From an uncultured bacterium (GTDB lineage: Bacteria > Auribacterota > Erginobacteria > Erginobacterales > Erginobacteraceae): DNA of 64,000 bases. A program made the position numbers and the translations under genes. Each line of letters begins with the position of its first letter. Position 1 is the stretch's first letter. This document shows positions 17,132 through 27,586 of the stretch, piece after piece. The notes under the pieces are model-generated. The model searched no databases. It saw only the letters and a program-made list of their open reading frames with translations, and was not told the DNA's origin. Where the stretch lies: the NCBI GenBank assembly GCA_964465735.1, contig CAYXKT010000001.1, positions 10,721-74,720 on the forward strand, given 5' to 3'.

Positions 17132-18093
17132 AGCCAGCCGGAAAAAGATTGGGCAGGGTCGTTATTCCATACCTTTTGCCATTGGTGGTGGGCGTGCTGG
17201 CGGCTATATATTTCTCACGGAATTATGAGCAGTTCCGGCAGATTAAAGTTATTTCCTGCTGGTGGTTCATTTTTCTGGTAGCGAGCTCACTGGCTACCAT
17301 AGTTCCTGCCGCCCTGATTTTGCGGAATATACTTCGGTTTTTTCAGGTTAACCTGGGTTTTTGGGAATCGGTCGGCCTGGTCTTTATTACCGGGATGGGA
17401 AATTATATTGTACCGTACGTTGGTGGTGTCGGACTGCGGGCGACCTATTTGAGGAAACGCTATAACCTCCCATTGGGATATTTTGCCGGAACTGCGGGGG
17501 GGGCGGTTTTGCTCTCCACCCTGCTTAACTCTATCATCGGCCTGGTAATGGTCTGCTATCTGTACTTTACCAGGCAAATGTTCAATCCGGTTATCTTGCT
17601 TCTGTTTGTGGCGTTCATTGCGATGGTGGCGGTTTTCATCCTGATGCCAATGAAGGGATTCAAGAGCGAGAATAGGTTGTTGCTGAAAATGAATCAAGTC
17701 TGGGAGGGGTGGAAAATAATCCGTTCTCAGCGCCGAGCGGACCTAATCGCCCTTTTATTTTACGCGGCACTCTCCTCCGTGGTTGGAATTTTAGTAACTT
17801 ATTCTTCATTCCGAGTTATTACGGAATTCGTTTCCCCCGCCGCCGCCGCGATAATTTCGGCGATGGCGGCATTGAGCCATAAAATTAGTGTTACTCCAGC
17901 CGGCCTGGGAATTCGTGAGCTGGTGATTGTGTTCACTTCACAAGCATTGGGATATCTTTTGGTGGTAAATGTTTCCGTTGCGCTTATTCAGAGGTTGGTT
18001 TCCGCAGGTATTGTTTTTATCGGAGGTGGCATATCAAGTTATCTATTATCGCGAACGGTACTTGAATCTCCGCCGGTCGATAAATCCGTATAA
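17128..18093 (+). CDS. Flippase-like membrane protein (lysylphosphatidylglycerol-synthase TM region/UPF0104 family)
   Basis: 321 aa with ~8 TM helices. Four-base start overlap with the DUF354 gene. Contains a G8 tract at 17496..17503. Confidence 0.5.
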   Translation: MKPAGKRLGRVVIPYLLPLVVGVLAAIYFSRNYEQFRQIKVISCWWFIFLVASSLATIVPAALILRNILRFFQVNLGFWESVGLVFITGMGNYIVPYVGGVGLRATYLRKRYNLPLGYFAGTAGGAVLLSTLLNSIIGLVMVCYLYFTRQMFNPVILLLFVAFIAMVAVFILMPMKGFKSENRLLLKMNQVWEGWKIIRSQRRADLIALLFYAALSSVVGILVTYSSFRVITEFVSPAAAAIISAMAALSHKISVTPAGLGIRELVIVFTSQALGYLLVVNVSVALIQRLVSAGIVFIGGGISSYLLSRTVLESPPVDKSV

Positions 18094-18140
18094 ATAACCA
18101 ATACATTGGCGAAAAACTGGGGTTGCATTAATCCGGCGGG

Positions 18141-19910
18141 ATGATAATGAAGATATTAAGTAATGAATTGGCCGTGGCTCTGCCGAGCGGATGGAGTTTG
18201 GCCAAATCCGGGCGCTTAATTATTATTGTTCTGACCCTGCTGGCCTTATCACTCAGGGTTTACGGGATAAATTATTATTCATATGGCGACGAGCATTACC
18301 ACATATATAACTCCCTGGCATTAGCGACCGGTCAGCTTCCGGGAAACTTTCACCGAATCGCGCTTTTTTTCTTCTATGGGATTTTCTATTTCGTGGGATG
18401 GATGTTTGGGTTTTTCCGGGATCCAGCGGTGTTTATCGGAACATATTTTTCCCAAATGCACATATTCTACTTTGTGGGCCGTTTTTTTGAGACTCTGGCC
18501 GGTACAGCGTGCGTCCCCCTTCTCTATCTTCTAGGAAAAAAGATGTTTTCCCGAATGACCGGATTTATTGCCGCTTTCTTTCTGGCGGTCAGCCCGGTCT
18601 CGGTGGAGATCTCTCAAATTGCTCGCGGCCAGGCGCTCTGCCTGTTGTTGATAATCGTGGCTATGTATTTTTCCTATACGGCGATTGATGGCAAGGGAAA
18701 GAACCTTCGGTATGTATTCTCCGGTCTTTGCTTCGGTGCTGCGCTCTCTATTCGGATATACGTATTGATCATTCTGATTCCGCTGGTTTGTTTCTACATA
18801 AAGGAAAGGTCATTATTCTTGGTTTCTCAACCCGGGAATCACGGTGGAATTCTTCGGCTGCTGCAGATGCGCATATTCAGTCGTTTGTTTCTCAGTCTTG
18901 GATTATGGTTATTTATCGGTTTCGCCATTCTCGCTTACGGAGTGTCTGCTCCGCGTATATTTGCAAGATTTCAGCCTTATGTAGCCGGTCATATTTATGA
19001 TTTGGCGACCGGAACGGCGGAAGAAAAGTTATATGTAGGTGCCGATGTTAATAATTCGTTTCAATACTATTTGACAGAAGGTCTCAGCCGGGGCTTGGGC
19101 CTTCCCTTATATATATATTGTTCCCTGGCAATATTTATCGGATTAATGAAGTGGAGAAATAGAAATTATCCGGCATTGATTTTTTGTGTAATATTGTACC
19201 TGGCAGTTATGGGCCGAGGTGCCATCGCTGCCGTACGATATCTATTCCCATTGTTGCCTGCGCTTTTTCTTGTTGCTGGAGATGTGCTTTCCGAAGGGAG
19301 CAGGCGTTTTGGGTTTTCACAACGGCACCGGAATATTCTCATTATTGTGCTTGTTGGGATAATTGCCTATCCAGCCTTGAGCATAGTGAATAATCGGAAC
19401 AAGCTGAATCGAAAACCAACTACCAAGGATTTAGCCCAGGAGTGGATATTCTCGAATCTTCCCGACGGAACGAGGATTGCGGTAGAGAGTATGGGGTACC
19501 GAGGGCCGGACTTAAAGCTGACCCCAGTAATCGATTATTGGATTTATAACCTTGGTGATGAGGATTTAAGGGTGTTATTGAATGAAAGGATAGATCAAGG
19601 CCAACCTTCGTTCGCCCTGAAGCATTTTATTGCTCACCGGCCCCATCCAAAATATTTCACTCGCACAATATCGATCAGGGAGGTAATTGACATTCGGGAA
19701 CTGATTGATGAGGGTTATCAATACATAGTTACCTGCTCCGGAAATCGAGATGTCTATGAGCAGGAGATAACCCGAGATAGATACCCGGAGCATTATGCTT
19801 CCAGAGTTGGTTTCTACCAGTGGCTGGAGAAAGTCGGACTCTTGGTTAAGAAATTTACGCCGGGGCCAGAATCTCCGGGTGACCGCATCGATATATATAA
19901 AATCAGGTGA
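18141..19910 (+). CDS. GT-C-fold membrane glycosyltransferase (PMT/ArnT/GT39-like), intact paralog
   Basis: 589 aa, polytopic. Conserved YGINYYSYGDEHYH...GQLPGN N-terminal loop. The parent of the 5' fragments at 6599 and 13925. Confidence 0.6.
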   Translation: MIMKILSNELAVALPSGWSLAKSGRLIIIVLTLLALSLRVYGINYYSYGDEHYHIYNSLALATGQLPGNFHRIALFFFYGIFYFVGWMFGFFRDPAVFIGTYFSQMHIFYFVGRFFETLAGTACVPLLYLLGKKMFSRMTGFIAAFFLAVSPVSVEISQIARGQALCLLLIIVAMYFSYTAIDGKGKNLRYVFSGLCFGAALSIRIYVLIILIPLVCFYIKERSLFLVSQPGNHGGILRLLQMRIFSRLFLSLGLWLFIGFAILAYGVSAPRIFARFQPYVAGHIYDLATGTAEEKLYVGADVNNSFQYYLTEGLSRGLGLPLYIYCSLAIFIGLMKWRNRNYPALIFCVILYLAVMGRGAIAAVRYLFPLLPALFLVAGDVLSEGSRRFGFSQRHRNILIIVLVGIIAYPALSIVNNRNKLNRKPTTKDLAQEWIFSNLPDGTRIAVESMGYRGPDLKLTPVIDYWIYNLGDEDLRVLLNERIDQGQPSFALKHFIAHRPHPKYFTRTISIREVIDIRELIDEGYQYIVTCSGNRDVYEQEITRDRYPEHYASRVGFYQWLEKVGLLVKKFTPGPESPGDRIDIYKIR

Positions 19911-20052
19911 AGCATCTCGGATGCATTAATAGCCCTTAAATTAAATTCCTCGATAATAATAAGCTAGTAATTGTTTAAATAAAAGAATTGATTTCAAATA
20001 GATTCAAAATTTTATATATTAGCGTACTGAACGAACGGAAAATTCAAATTAT

Positions 20053-20741
20053 ATGGAAAATCCACGACTAATCATACTTAACAGCAGCAATAAAGAGCAT
20101 ATTGAAGCTATATCATTACTTCATTCAAAATTGCTGCCCGAAAGTAAAGTATGTCAATTAGGCCGGACTTTCCTAGAGAGGTTTTACTATAAATTTTAGT
20201 GAAACTTAAATTAATTGATGCTTTTCTTTGTAAATCCGATAACAAATATGTAGGATTTATTGCGTTCACAGATTATCCTTTTGATTTTATGAGAATAGGC
20301 ATCAACAGCAATTTTTTGTATCTATCTCTGATACTGAGTTTATCAGTTTTAACAAATCTAAAACGCATAAAAATTATTATGGAGATGCGGAAAAACACTT
20401 TTTCGGATGATGTCAAAAAATTTCTTGAAAACTCTGGTCAATTCATATCTTTTGGCGTTTTGGAAAAATACCATAAGGTTACAGATGAGACTTCAGGTTT
20501 AACAATTTCAAACCTTTTAATGAAAAAAGTTTTTGAGCATTTTACTGAAAGGAAGAAAGGCAGTTTTTTTCTTCTGGGTTTAAAATCCAATGTCAGAGCA
20601 ATAAAATATTATGAAAAGTATAAAGGATTTACTTTGCCGGATGATATCGGAGAAAGTGTAATAGTAAAATTTCGGGTCTTCCTCAGAATTTGGGGCCCGC
20701 CAGATTCTACAATTACTGGGCGCGTGAAGACGGATGGATAA
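20053..20741 (+). pseudogene. GNAT-family acetyltransferase on an AT-rich island, split by a +1 frameshift at ~20199
   Basis: The N-terminal piece is MENPRLIILNSSNKEHIEAISLLHSKLLPESKVCQLGRTFLERFYYKF, followed by a stop. A 180-aa piece follows, ending RAIKYYEKYKGFTL (GNAT motif). ~30% GC versus ~55% in the flanks. Confidence 0.5.
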
Positions 20742-20790
20742 ACCTGTTACGCTGTTTTCGTCAGAGTGAGAAAAGGAGGATAAGGTTGCT

Positions 20791-22398
20791 ATGAGCAAGT
20801 TTAAACAATTCCGCCAGATGCTTAATTCCGGGAACCTCGAGTTTATTTGTGAGGCGCACAACGCCATAAGCGCTCGGGTGGTGGAGGAAGCGGGTTTCAA
20901 GGGGATCTGGGGAAGCAGCCTGACCATCTCTGCTGCTCTGGGGGTGAGAGACAGCAACGAGGCCAGCTGGACCCAGTTATTGGAAGTTATCGAGTTTATG
21001 AGTGACGCGACCACCGTACCGTTGCTCTTCGATGCCGATACGGGTTTTGGCAATTTCAATAATGTGCGCCGACTGGTCCGAAAACTGGAACAGAGGAATG
21101 TGTCCGCGATGTGCATCGAGGATAAGCTCTTTCCGAAGAAGAATAGCTTTATTGCCAGCGAACGCCAACCGCTGGCCGAGATCGATGAGTTTGCCGGCAA
21201 GATCAAGGCGGCTAAGGATAGCCAGTCCGACCCGAATTTCTCCGTGATCGCCCGGGTGGAAGCGTTTATCGCCGGCTGGGGGTTGGGCGAAGCTATGAAA
21301 AGAGCTGAGGCCTATCACCAGGCCGGGGCGGACGGGATATTGATTCACAGCAAAATATCCAAGCCGGATCAGGTCCTGGCTTTTATGAAGGAATGGGGTG
21401 ATCGGTTGCCGGTGGTGATCGTCCCCACCAAGTATTATACCACCCCGACCGAAGTCTTCGAAGAGGCCGGCTTTAGTCTGGTGATCTGGGCAAATATGAT
21501 TCTGCGCAGTTCTTTGAAAGCGATGAGAGAAACTGCTGAGACACTGGCTCGGGAGAGATCATTGTTAAACATCGTGGATGGGATTGCTCCCCTGGCTGAT
21601 GTTTTTCGTCTTCAGGAGGCGGAAGAACTGGAAGAAGCGGAAAAGTTATACCTTCCGGGGTTTGCCGAGAAGACCCACGCGGTTATCCTGGCTGCTTCCC
21701 AGGGGGTGGAACTCGGTGTTCTGACCCAGGATAAGCCGAAAGCCCTTCTGGAGATCTCCGGTCAGCCGCTGCTGAAGAGACAGATCGAAATTCTCAACGA
21801 GATCGGAATCAAAGATATTACCGTGGTCCGGGGTTTCAAAAAGGAGAAGATCGATTTCCCCAACCTCCATTACGTTGATAACGACGAATACGACCGGACT
21901 CTGGAGGTCTTTTCCCTATATAAGGGAATACAGGGGATTGAGGACAAGGCAATGGTTTGCTACGGGGATATTATGTACCGGAAATTCATTCCCTCCAGCC
22001 TGCTGGAAGCGGAAGGAGATTTCGTGGCTATGGTGGACGCCGACTGGCGTTCGGGCCGGGCGAAGGTGCGCTACACCGATTTCGTCAGTTGCGACCAACC
22101 TTATCAGCGGAGAATGCTGGAACAGTCGGTGGAGATGAAGAAGATGAGCACCGACCTTGAGGAGAAAGATATCTGTGGTGAATGGGTCGGTATGTTGAAA
22201 CTTTCGCGGTCCGGCGTCCAGTTTCTCCAGGGTTTGTTGACTGAACTCTCCGAAGAAGATGGATTTCGGAGCTTGCGGATGGCTGATCTCTTCAACGAGA
22301 TTATCCGCCGTGGCAAGATTATCCGGGTTGTCTATATCCGAGGTCACTGGGTGGATGTGGATGACATAAAGGATCTTAATGCCGCCGGGGCGTTTTAG
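20791..22398 (+). CDS. ppm: Phosphoenolpyruvate phosphomutase fused to a C-terminal sugar-nucleotidyltransferase domain (LicC/PntC-like)
   Basis: N-terminal ~290 aa are isocitrate-lyase/PEP-mutase family ([15 protein letters not shown] motif). C-terminal ~230 aa are an NTP-transferase fold. Good RBS (aaaaggagga). Confidence 0.85.
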   Translation: MSKFKQFRQMLNSGNLEFICEAHNAISARVVEEAGFKGIWGSSLTISAALGVRDSNEASWTQLLEVIEFMSDATTVPLLFDADTGFGNFNNVRRLVRKLEQRNVSAMCIEDKLFPKKNSFIASERQPLAEIDEFAGKIKAAKDSQSDPNFSVIARVEAFIAGWGLGEAMKRAEAYHQAGADGILIHSKISKPDQVLAFMKEWGDRLPVVIVPTKYYTTPTEVFEEAGFSLVIWANMILRSSLKAMRETAETLARERSLLNIVDGIAPLADVFRLQEAEELEEAEKLYLPGFAEKTHAVILAASQGVELGVLTQDKPKALLEISGQPLLKRQIEILNEIGIKDITVVRGFKKEKIDFPNLHYVDNDEYDRTLEVFSLYKGIQGIEDKAMVCYGDIMYRKFIPSSLLEAEGDFVAMVDADWRSGRAKVRYTDFVSCDQPYQRRMLEQSVEMKKMSTDLEEKDICGEWVGMLKLSRSGVQFLQGLLTELSEEDGFRSLRMADLFNEIIRRGKIIRVVYIRGHWVDVDDIKDLNAAGAF

Positions 22399-22490
22399 TT
22401 CACAGCGAAGTTTTTTAATGCCGCTGTTTAGCAGAAAAACCAAGGCTGGGAAAGAGCATTGCGTCCGGCCAGTTGTACCTAAATTTTAAT

Positions 22491-23645
22491 ATGATCAAGG
22501 CGGAACAATTCATCTCGGAATGCATTCGGCTGGGTTACGACTTCTGGGCCGGTGTGCCCTGTTCGATCTTGACCCCCCTGATCAACTGCTCCATCTCCCA
22601 TCCGGAGGTTGACTATGTTGGCGCTGCGAGTGAGGGTGAGGCGGTGGCTATTGCCATCGGAGCTCACCTGGCCGGCAGGAAGGCGGTTGTAAACTGCCAG
22701 AACTCTGGACTGGGGAATATGGTCAACCCGTTAACCAGCCTGATCCATCCTTTCCGGATTCCATTTTTGATGATAGTTACCCTCCGCGGCGAACCGGGTA
22801 TCAAGGACGCTCCCCAGCATACTTTTATGGGTTCGATCACCACTGATCTGCTTGATCTTCTCCAGATACCCTGGGAGATAATGCCGGAAGATACCAGGCA
22901 AATCCCGGCCGCCGTCAACCGGGCCGATTCAAGTATGGGTGACACGGGATTCCCGTATGCCTTCGTTATGCGGAAAGCTGGAATGGAGCCGAGCCCGCTG
23001 GGTAAAGTTGCCTGTCCGCCATCCTGTACATATTTTAGCCCACAAGGGGAATGCTTGATTCCCGCCGGAAGCAGAATGAAGAGGTTGGATGCCGTCAGAA
23101 TTATCCGAGATCATCTGGATCCGGAGGATTTGATGGTGGGAACCACTGGCAAAACCAGCCGGGAGCTTTTCGCCCTGGGCCACCGTCCCAACCAGTTCTA
23201 TGTGGTCGGAGGTTTGGGCTGCGCGGCCGGCATTGGCCTGGGTTTGAGTCTCAACCTTGGGGAATGCCGGGTGGCGGTCCTGGACGGTGATGGCGGAGTA
23301 TTGATGAAGATGGGGACGCTGGCCACGATCGGATTTTATCGCCCCCCCGGGTTGATCCATATCGTGTTGGACAACGAGGCTCACGAATCCACCGGGGGGC
23401 AGGGGACTTGTTCGTCGGGGATAGATTTTGCCGCAATCGCTGCGGCCTGTTCGTATCGGGCGGTTTTCCGCGCTGACACTGCTGGTTCCCTGGCCGAAGC
23501 GGTCAGAGAAGCGAAGCGATTGGAAGGGCCGGTGATGATCCACGTCAAGATCGGCCTTGGCTCCGACCCCGCTCTTCCCCGGCCGGATCGCAGTCCGAAA
23601 GAATACAAGGAGGAATTTCAGAGGTTTATCCGAGATGAAAGCTGA
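22491..23645 (+). CDS. ppd: Phosphonopyruvate decarboxylase (ThDP-dependent)
   Basis: FWAGVPCSIL N-terminus with ThDP-binding GDG and N-x-x-H motifs. Immediately downstream of ppm. Confidence 0.85.
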   Translation: MIKAEQFISECIRLGYDFWAGVPCSILTPLINCSISHPEVDYVGAASEGEAVAIAIGAHLAGRKAVVNCQNSGLGNMVNPLTSLIHPFRIPFLMIVTLRGEPGIKDAPQHTFMGSITTDLLDLLQIPWEIMPEDTRQIPAAVNRADSSMGDTGFPYAFVMRKAGMEPSPLGKVACPPSCTYFSPQGECLIPAGSRMKRLDAVRIIRDHLDPEDLMVGTTGKTSRELFALGHRPNQFYVVGGLGCAAGIGLGLSLNLGECRVAVLDGDGGVLMKMGTLATIGFYRPPGLIHIVLDNEAHESTGGQGTCSSGIDFAAIAAACSYRAVFRADTAGSLAEAVREAKRLEGPVMIHVKIGLGSDPALPRPDRSPKEYKEEFQRFIRDES

Positions 23646-24783
23646 TTATTTCAACCCGGTGAAGCTGAAAATCGGGCGGGGATCTCTTCGAGATATTTTT
23701 AGCCTGTTGGGAGGTAGGACCGCCCTGTTGGTAACTACCACCGGAGCGTTAAAAAGGGGGTTGGGGCGGAGAATAGAGGAGTTGTGCGGAGGCTTGGTGG
23801 TTCACATCACTGACAGGACGGTATCCAACCCGACGATTTCCTCGATTGAAGAATGCTACGAAGAGATCCGGGGGTATGATTTCGAGGTGATAATTGGCCT
23901 GGGCGGAGGGAGTGTTCTCGATACAGCCAAGGTCGTGGCTTATCTCTCCGGACTGAACTTGGAACAGGGCTGGCTCGGATATTATTTCCGGGAGAAGGTG
24001 GCAAAAGCTTGCGGGGGCGCTCCCCGGCCAGTACTGGCCATACCTACCACAGCCGGTACCGGATCGGAGGTAACTTCCTGGGCCACAGTCTGGGACGAGA
24101 AGTTGAAAAAAAAGTATTCGCTTTCGGATGATCTGTTATATCCGGAGTGGGCTCTTCTGGATCCATCCTTGACGGAATCTCTGCCTTACGAGGTAACCCT
24201 GTCTGGTAGTCTCGATGCGCTGTCGCATTCTATGGAGGCCGTCTGGAACAGGAATGCCAACCCGGTCTCAACTGAACTGGCGCTGCGGTCGGTGGAGATG
24301 ATAATGGCGGTCTGGAATGATAACTTCCGGGAGCGCTACGCGGACCGAGAATCACGGGAGAAACTTCAGCTTGCCTCACTGCTGGCCGGACTGGCATTCA
24401 GCAACACTAAAACCGCACTGGCACACTCGATCTCATATCCCCTTACTTCTCTTCTGGGGATACCTCACGGCCTGGCCTGCGGGTTTACCCTTCCGGAGAT
24501 ATTGCTCCATAACGGGGAAGCCGCAGAGGAGATAGTATCGCCACTGGCGCTGGCAATGGGCTGCTCTTCAGTTTATGAGGCGCGGGAATGCCTATACGAA
24601 GTATTTAAAAGAATTGGGGTGCCGGAGTTCCTGGAGGGGTTTGTCAAGAGCCCCGACATTCTGGACGGAATCCAGGCAGAGTATATCTCTCCGGGCCGGG
24701 CGGATAATAATATCGTTGATGTGCAACAGGCCGAGGCTGAACAGATTGTCGCTTCGGCGTTCAGGGAACTGACCGGGGATTGA
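23635..24783 (+). CDS. Iron-containing alcohol dehydrogenase; likely phosphonoacetaldehyde reductase (PhpC/FomC-like, 2-hydroxyethylphosphonate forming)
   Basis: Fe-ADH family (GGGSVLDTAKVVA, metal-binding His-rich motifs). 11-nt overlap with ppd. No aminotransferase is present in the cluster. Confidence 0.6.
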   Translation: MKADYFNPVKLKIGRGSLRDIFSLLGGRTALLVTTTGALKRGLGRRIEELCGGLVVHITDRTVSNPTISSIEECYEEIRGYDFEVIIGLGGGSVLDTAKVVAYLSGLNLEQGWLGYYFREKVAKACGGAPRPVLAIPTTAGTGSEVTSWATVWDEKLKKKYSLSDDLLYPEWALLDPSLTESLPYEVTLSGSLDALSHSMEAVWNRNANPVSTELALRSVEMIMAVWNDNFRERYADRESREKLQLASLLAGLAFSNTKTALAHSISYPLTSLLGIPHGLACGFTLPEILLHNGEAAEEIVSPLALAMGCSSVYEARECLYEVFKRIGVPEFLEGFVKSPDILDGIQAEYISPGRADNNIVDVQQAEAEQIVASAFRELTGD

Positions 24784-24788
24784 ACGCA

Positions 24789-25490
24789 ATGAAAGCAATC
24801 ATACTGAATTCAGGAGTCGCCAGTCGTCTGAAACCGCTGACTGATGAAATGCCCAAATGCTTGCTGGAGGTTAAGGGGGAGACGCTCCTGGGGAGGCAGT
24901 TGAAATGCCTGGAAAAATGCGGAATAACGGAACTCATCATCACCACTGGCCCGTTCGAAGAGAAAATTGTTAACTTTGTTGGGGACAATTTCTCCGAATT
25001 GCGGACAGCATTCATCAGAAATCCTCGCTATGCCTCCACCAACTATATTTACTCGATCTGGTTGGCTCGAGACCTCCTTGACGACGATATCTTGCTGCTT
25101 CACGGCGATATGTTATTCGATTGCTCACTGTTGCAGAGAATCGTCGCTAAGGAGTCCGGGAACCACGTTCTGGTCAACAAAGTGATCGAGCCTCCGGAAA
25201 AAGATTTTAAGGCCCGGATAGAAAAGGAAAGAGTAATGGAAATCGGTGTCAACCTTTCCGGACCGAATGTATATTTTTGCGCCCCGATATATAGGTTCTC
25301 CCGGCAAGGTTTCCGGGACTGGCTCAAGGAAATCAAGATTTGTCTTGACGAAGGCCAGTTCAATTGTTACGCGGAGGAGGCCTTTAACAGAATATCCAGC
25401 GGCTTGAAACTGGATCCAATTTATTACAGCACTGAAGAGTGTATGGAAATTGATTCTCCGGAAGATTTGCAATTGGCAAATAGTAGGTAA
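24789..25490 (+). CDS. Nucleotidyltransferase (LicC-like CTP:phospho-headgroup cytidylyltransferase family)
   Basis: KAIILNSGVASRLKPLTDEMPKCLL N-terminal NTP-binding motif, typical of LicC/PntC. Confidence 0.6.
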   Translation: MKAIILNSGVASRLKPLTDEMPKCLLEVKGETLLGRQLKCLEKCGITELIITTGPFEEKIVNFVGDNFSELRTAFIRNPRYASTNYIYSIWLARDLLDDDILLLHGDMLFDCSLLQRIVAKESGNHVLVNKVIEPPEKDFKARIEKERVMEIGVNLSGPNVYFCAPIYRFSRQGFRDWLKEIKICLDEGQFNCYAEEAFNRISSGLKLDPIYYSTEECMEIDSPEDLQLANSR

Positions 25491-25495
25491 CTTCA

Positions 25496-27058
25496 ATGAA
25501 AAGAGCCAAATTATTTTTAGATTGTTATCACCCGTTGCTCTTCTCTCTTGCCCCCATACTTTTCTTATACTCCCAGAATATTGATCAGGGGCCTTTCATC
25601 CGCATTATTTCCCCAGCACTAATTGCTATCGGGTTTACAGCTTTATTTATGCTGTTATTGAATCTTGTTGTAAGAAACAAATGGAAAAGCTCACTGATTG
25701 TTTCAATATTCATTATTATTTTCTTCTCTTATGGGCACGCCTATAATCTAATTCAGAATTTTGGATTTCAGTTGTTAGGGATAAATATCGGTCCTAACAA
25801 AATAATTACCGCTTTGACCTTAATTATATTTTTCCTACTCTCCTTCTTAACCCTCAAAACCTGTCGTCGACTTGACAGGTTTACTAAGTTGCTTAATGGA
25901 GTTGCAGTGATCTCTGTGCTCCTGCCTTTGATTAATATTGCTGTCTACCAGTTTGGTCGAGGGGGGAGTATCGAGGAAATCTCCAGCGAGGATCATCTGG
26001 TTGTTAGGGATGCTGGCTCGGGGAAGGTGGCCGGTCGGCCCGATATTTATTATATTATTTTAGATGCCTATGGTCGGGCGGATACTCTGAAGGAGTTATA
26101 CGATCACGACAACTCCGAGTTCCTGGATTACTTGCGGGATAAAGGATTTTTTATCGCCGAAGAAAGTATGGCCAATTATAGCTTCACTGCTCCTAGTATT
26201 GCGTCTACGCTGCAGATGAGTTACCTCGATTCGCTACTCGGTTCCGGACAAACTGCGCAGGTGAGAGAGTTGTGGAATAATTCTCCCGTAGTCGAGTTCT
26301 TAAAGAGTCAGGGTTATACATACGTATTTCTACCGACCGCCTCTGCGTTTTGGTACGTGAAAGATATGGACGTCCGGTTGGAGAGTAAGTTTCCGATCAG
26401 CGATTTTCTCAGCGAACTCATTAATACCACTCCTCTGACGTATATGTTGCCAGTTATCTATTCTCGCTATCAACAGCATCGAACTTCCATCCTTTACGCT
26501 TTCAATGCCTTGCGGGATCTGTCTTATTTGGGATCTCCCAAGTTCGTATACGCGCATTTTGGGGTGCCTCATCAGCCTTTCGTTTTTGACGAAGATGGAT
26601 CTCCGATTGAGTCTGATCGGCCATACACGGTAAGTAATTTCCTCACACCCCAGCAAGGTGGGATAGCGGGAAGAGGAGAATACCTGGAGGGTTATCGGAA
26701 GCAGATAGTTTTTACTAATAATAAGGTAAAGGAACTGGTTGATGGTCTTCTGGCCCTCCCCGGTGCCCCCCCCGTAATAATACTGCAGGGAGATCACGGG
26801 CCGGCCGGCTATCTCGATACTTACAACAACATCGGGAATAGCCACCTCAAGGAAAGGATGACCAATCTCAACGCCTACTATCTTCCCGGTGCTGAGAACC
26901 AGCTTTATGAAGGGATCACCCCGGTCAACACCTTCAGGCTGATCTTCAACCAATACTTTGGGACTGAGTATGAACTGCTTCCGGATCGGAGTTATATCTT
27001 CAACGAGGATCACCCATACGTATTCATCGATGTGACCGATCGTATTTCTGGACGGTGA
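25496..27058 (+). CDS. Membrane-anchored alkaline-phosphatase-superfamily transferase (LTA synthase/sulfatase-like); candidate phosphonate/phospho-headgroup transferase
   Basis: Five N-terminal TM helices plus an extracytoplasmic sulfatase-like domain (IYYIILDAYGR, QGDHGP). C8 tract at 26766..26773. Confidence 0.6.
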   Translation: MKRAKLFLDCYHPLLFSLAPILFLYSQNIDQGPFIRIISPALIAIGFTALFMLLLNLVVRNKWKSSLIVSIFIIIFFSYGHAYNLIQNFGFQLLGINIGPNKIITALTLIIFFLLSFLTLKTCRRLDRFTKLLNGVAVISVLLPLINIAVYQFGRGGSIEEISSEDHLVVRDAGSGKVAGRPDIYYIILDAYGRADTLKELYDHDNSEFLDYLRDKGFFIAEESMANYSFTAPSIASTLQMSYLDSLLGSGQTAQVRELWNNSPVVEFLKSQGYTYVFLPTASAFWYVKDMDVRLESKFPISDFLSELINTTPLTYMLPVIYSRYQQHRTSILYAFNALRDLSYLGSPKFVYAHFGVPHQPFVFDEDGSPIESDRPYTVSNFLTPQQGGIAGRGEYLEGYRKQIVFTNNKVKELVDGLLALPGAPPVIILQGDHGPAGYLDTYNNIGNSHLKERMTNLNAYYLPGAENQLYEGITPVNTFRLIFNQYFGTEYELLPDRSYIFNEDHPYVFIDVTDRISGR

Positions 27059-27099
27059 ACCCCGAGTAGATCCCCTGCTAATCTCAACCAGCGCGCTAA

Positions 27100-27545
27100 A
27101 ATCTTTTTTCAATGATTGCTTGCGATTGTTTCGAATAATGCGGGGGCTATTATATTAACGCAACTCTTAAAACAGCCCACGCAGCGGGCGACACATAAAT
27201 AGCCACGGGCGTTAGCCCGTGGATGATAATGGCAGATAAAACAATAGAGCCCCCGCAGGGGGCGGGACATAATTTCCTTTTGAGAGATCTGGATTGAGCC
27301 TAAAAAATTGATGTGGCACTCTTTCTGGGTGCCATCAGAAGTTGCTCCAAAAAACCCGGGACTGCCCCCCGGGCTATGATGTTGGACGCCTTTGGCGTAA
27401 TGCATTTACCCCGAAGGGGTAATACATAATATCCCGGCGAGCATTGCCGGGATCATCCGGGATCAACAGTTAATCCCGCACCCCAAAGGGGCGTCACATC
27501 AAGGTTGTATTTGAAAAGGCTAAAGTGTTACGAATATCGTTATAT
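27100..27545. repeat. Long hairpin-array repeat (≥10 consecutive short stem-loops), related to the MITE at 48640
   Basis: Units such as TGGCACnnnnnnnnnGTGCCA, CCCGGGnnnnnnCCCGGG, ACCCCGAAGGGGT and CCCGGCGAGCATTGCCGGG. It ends with the tgtatttgaaaaGGCTAAAGTGTTACgaa terminus shared with 48883 and 5821. Confidence 0.6.
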
Positions 27546-27586
27546 CCGAATTAACTTCGCCTTGAATAATATAAACGATTCCTACT

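Noticed and set aside
27100-27545. CRISPR array
   Set aside because: The hairpins are all different from one another and abut directly. There is no repeated unit of constant sequence separated by unique spacers, and no cas genes nearby.
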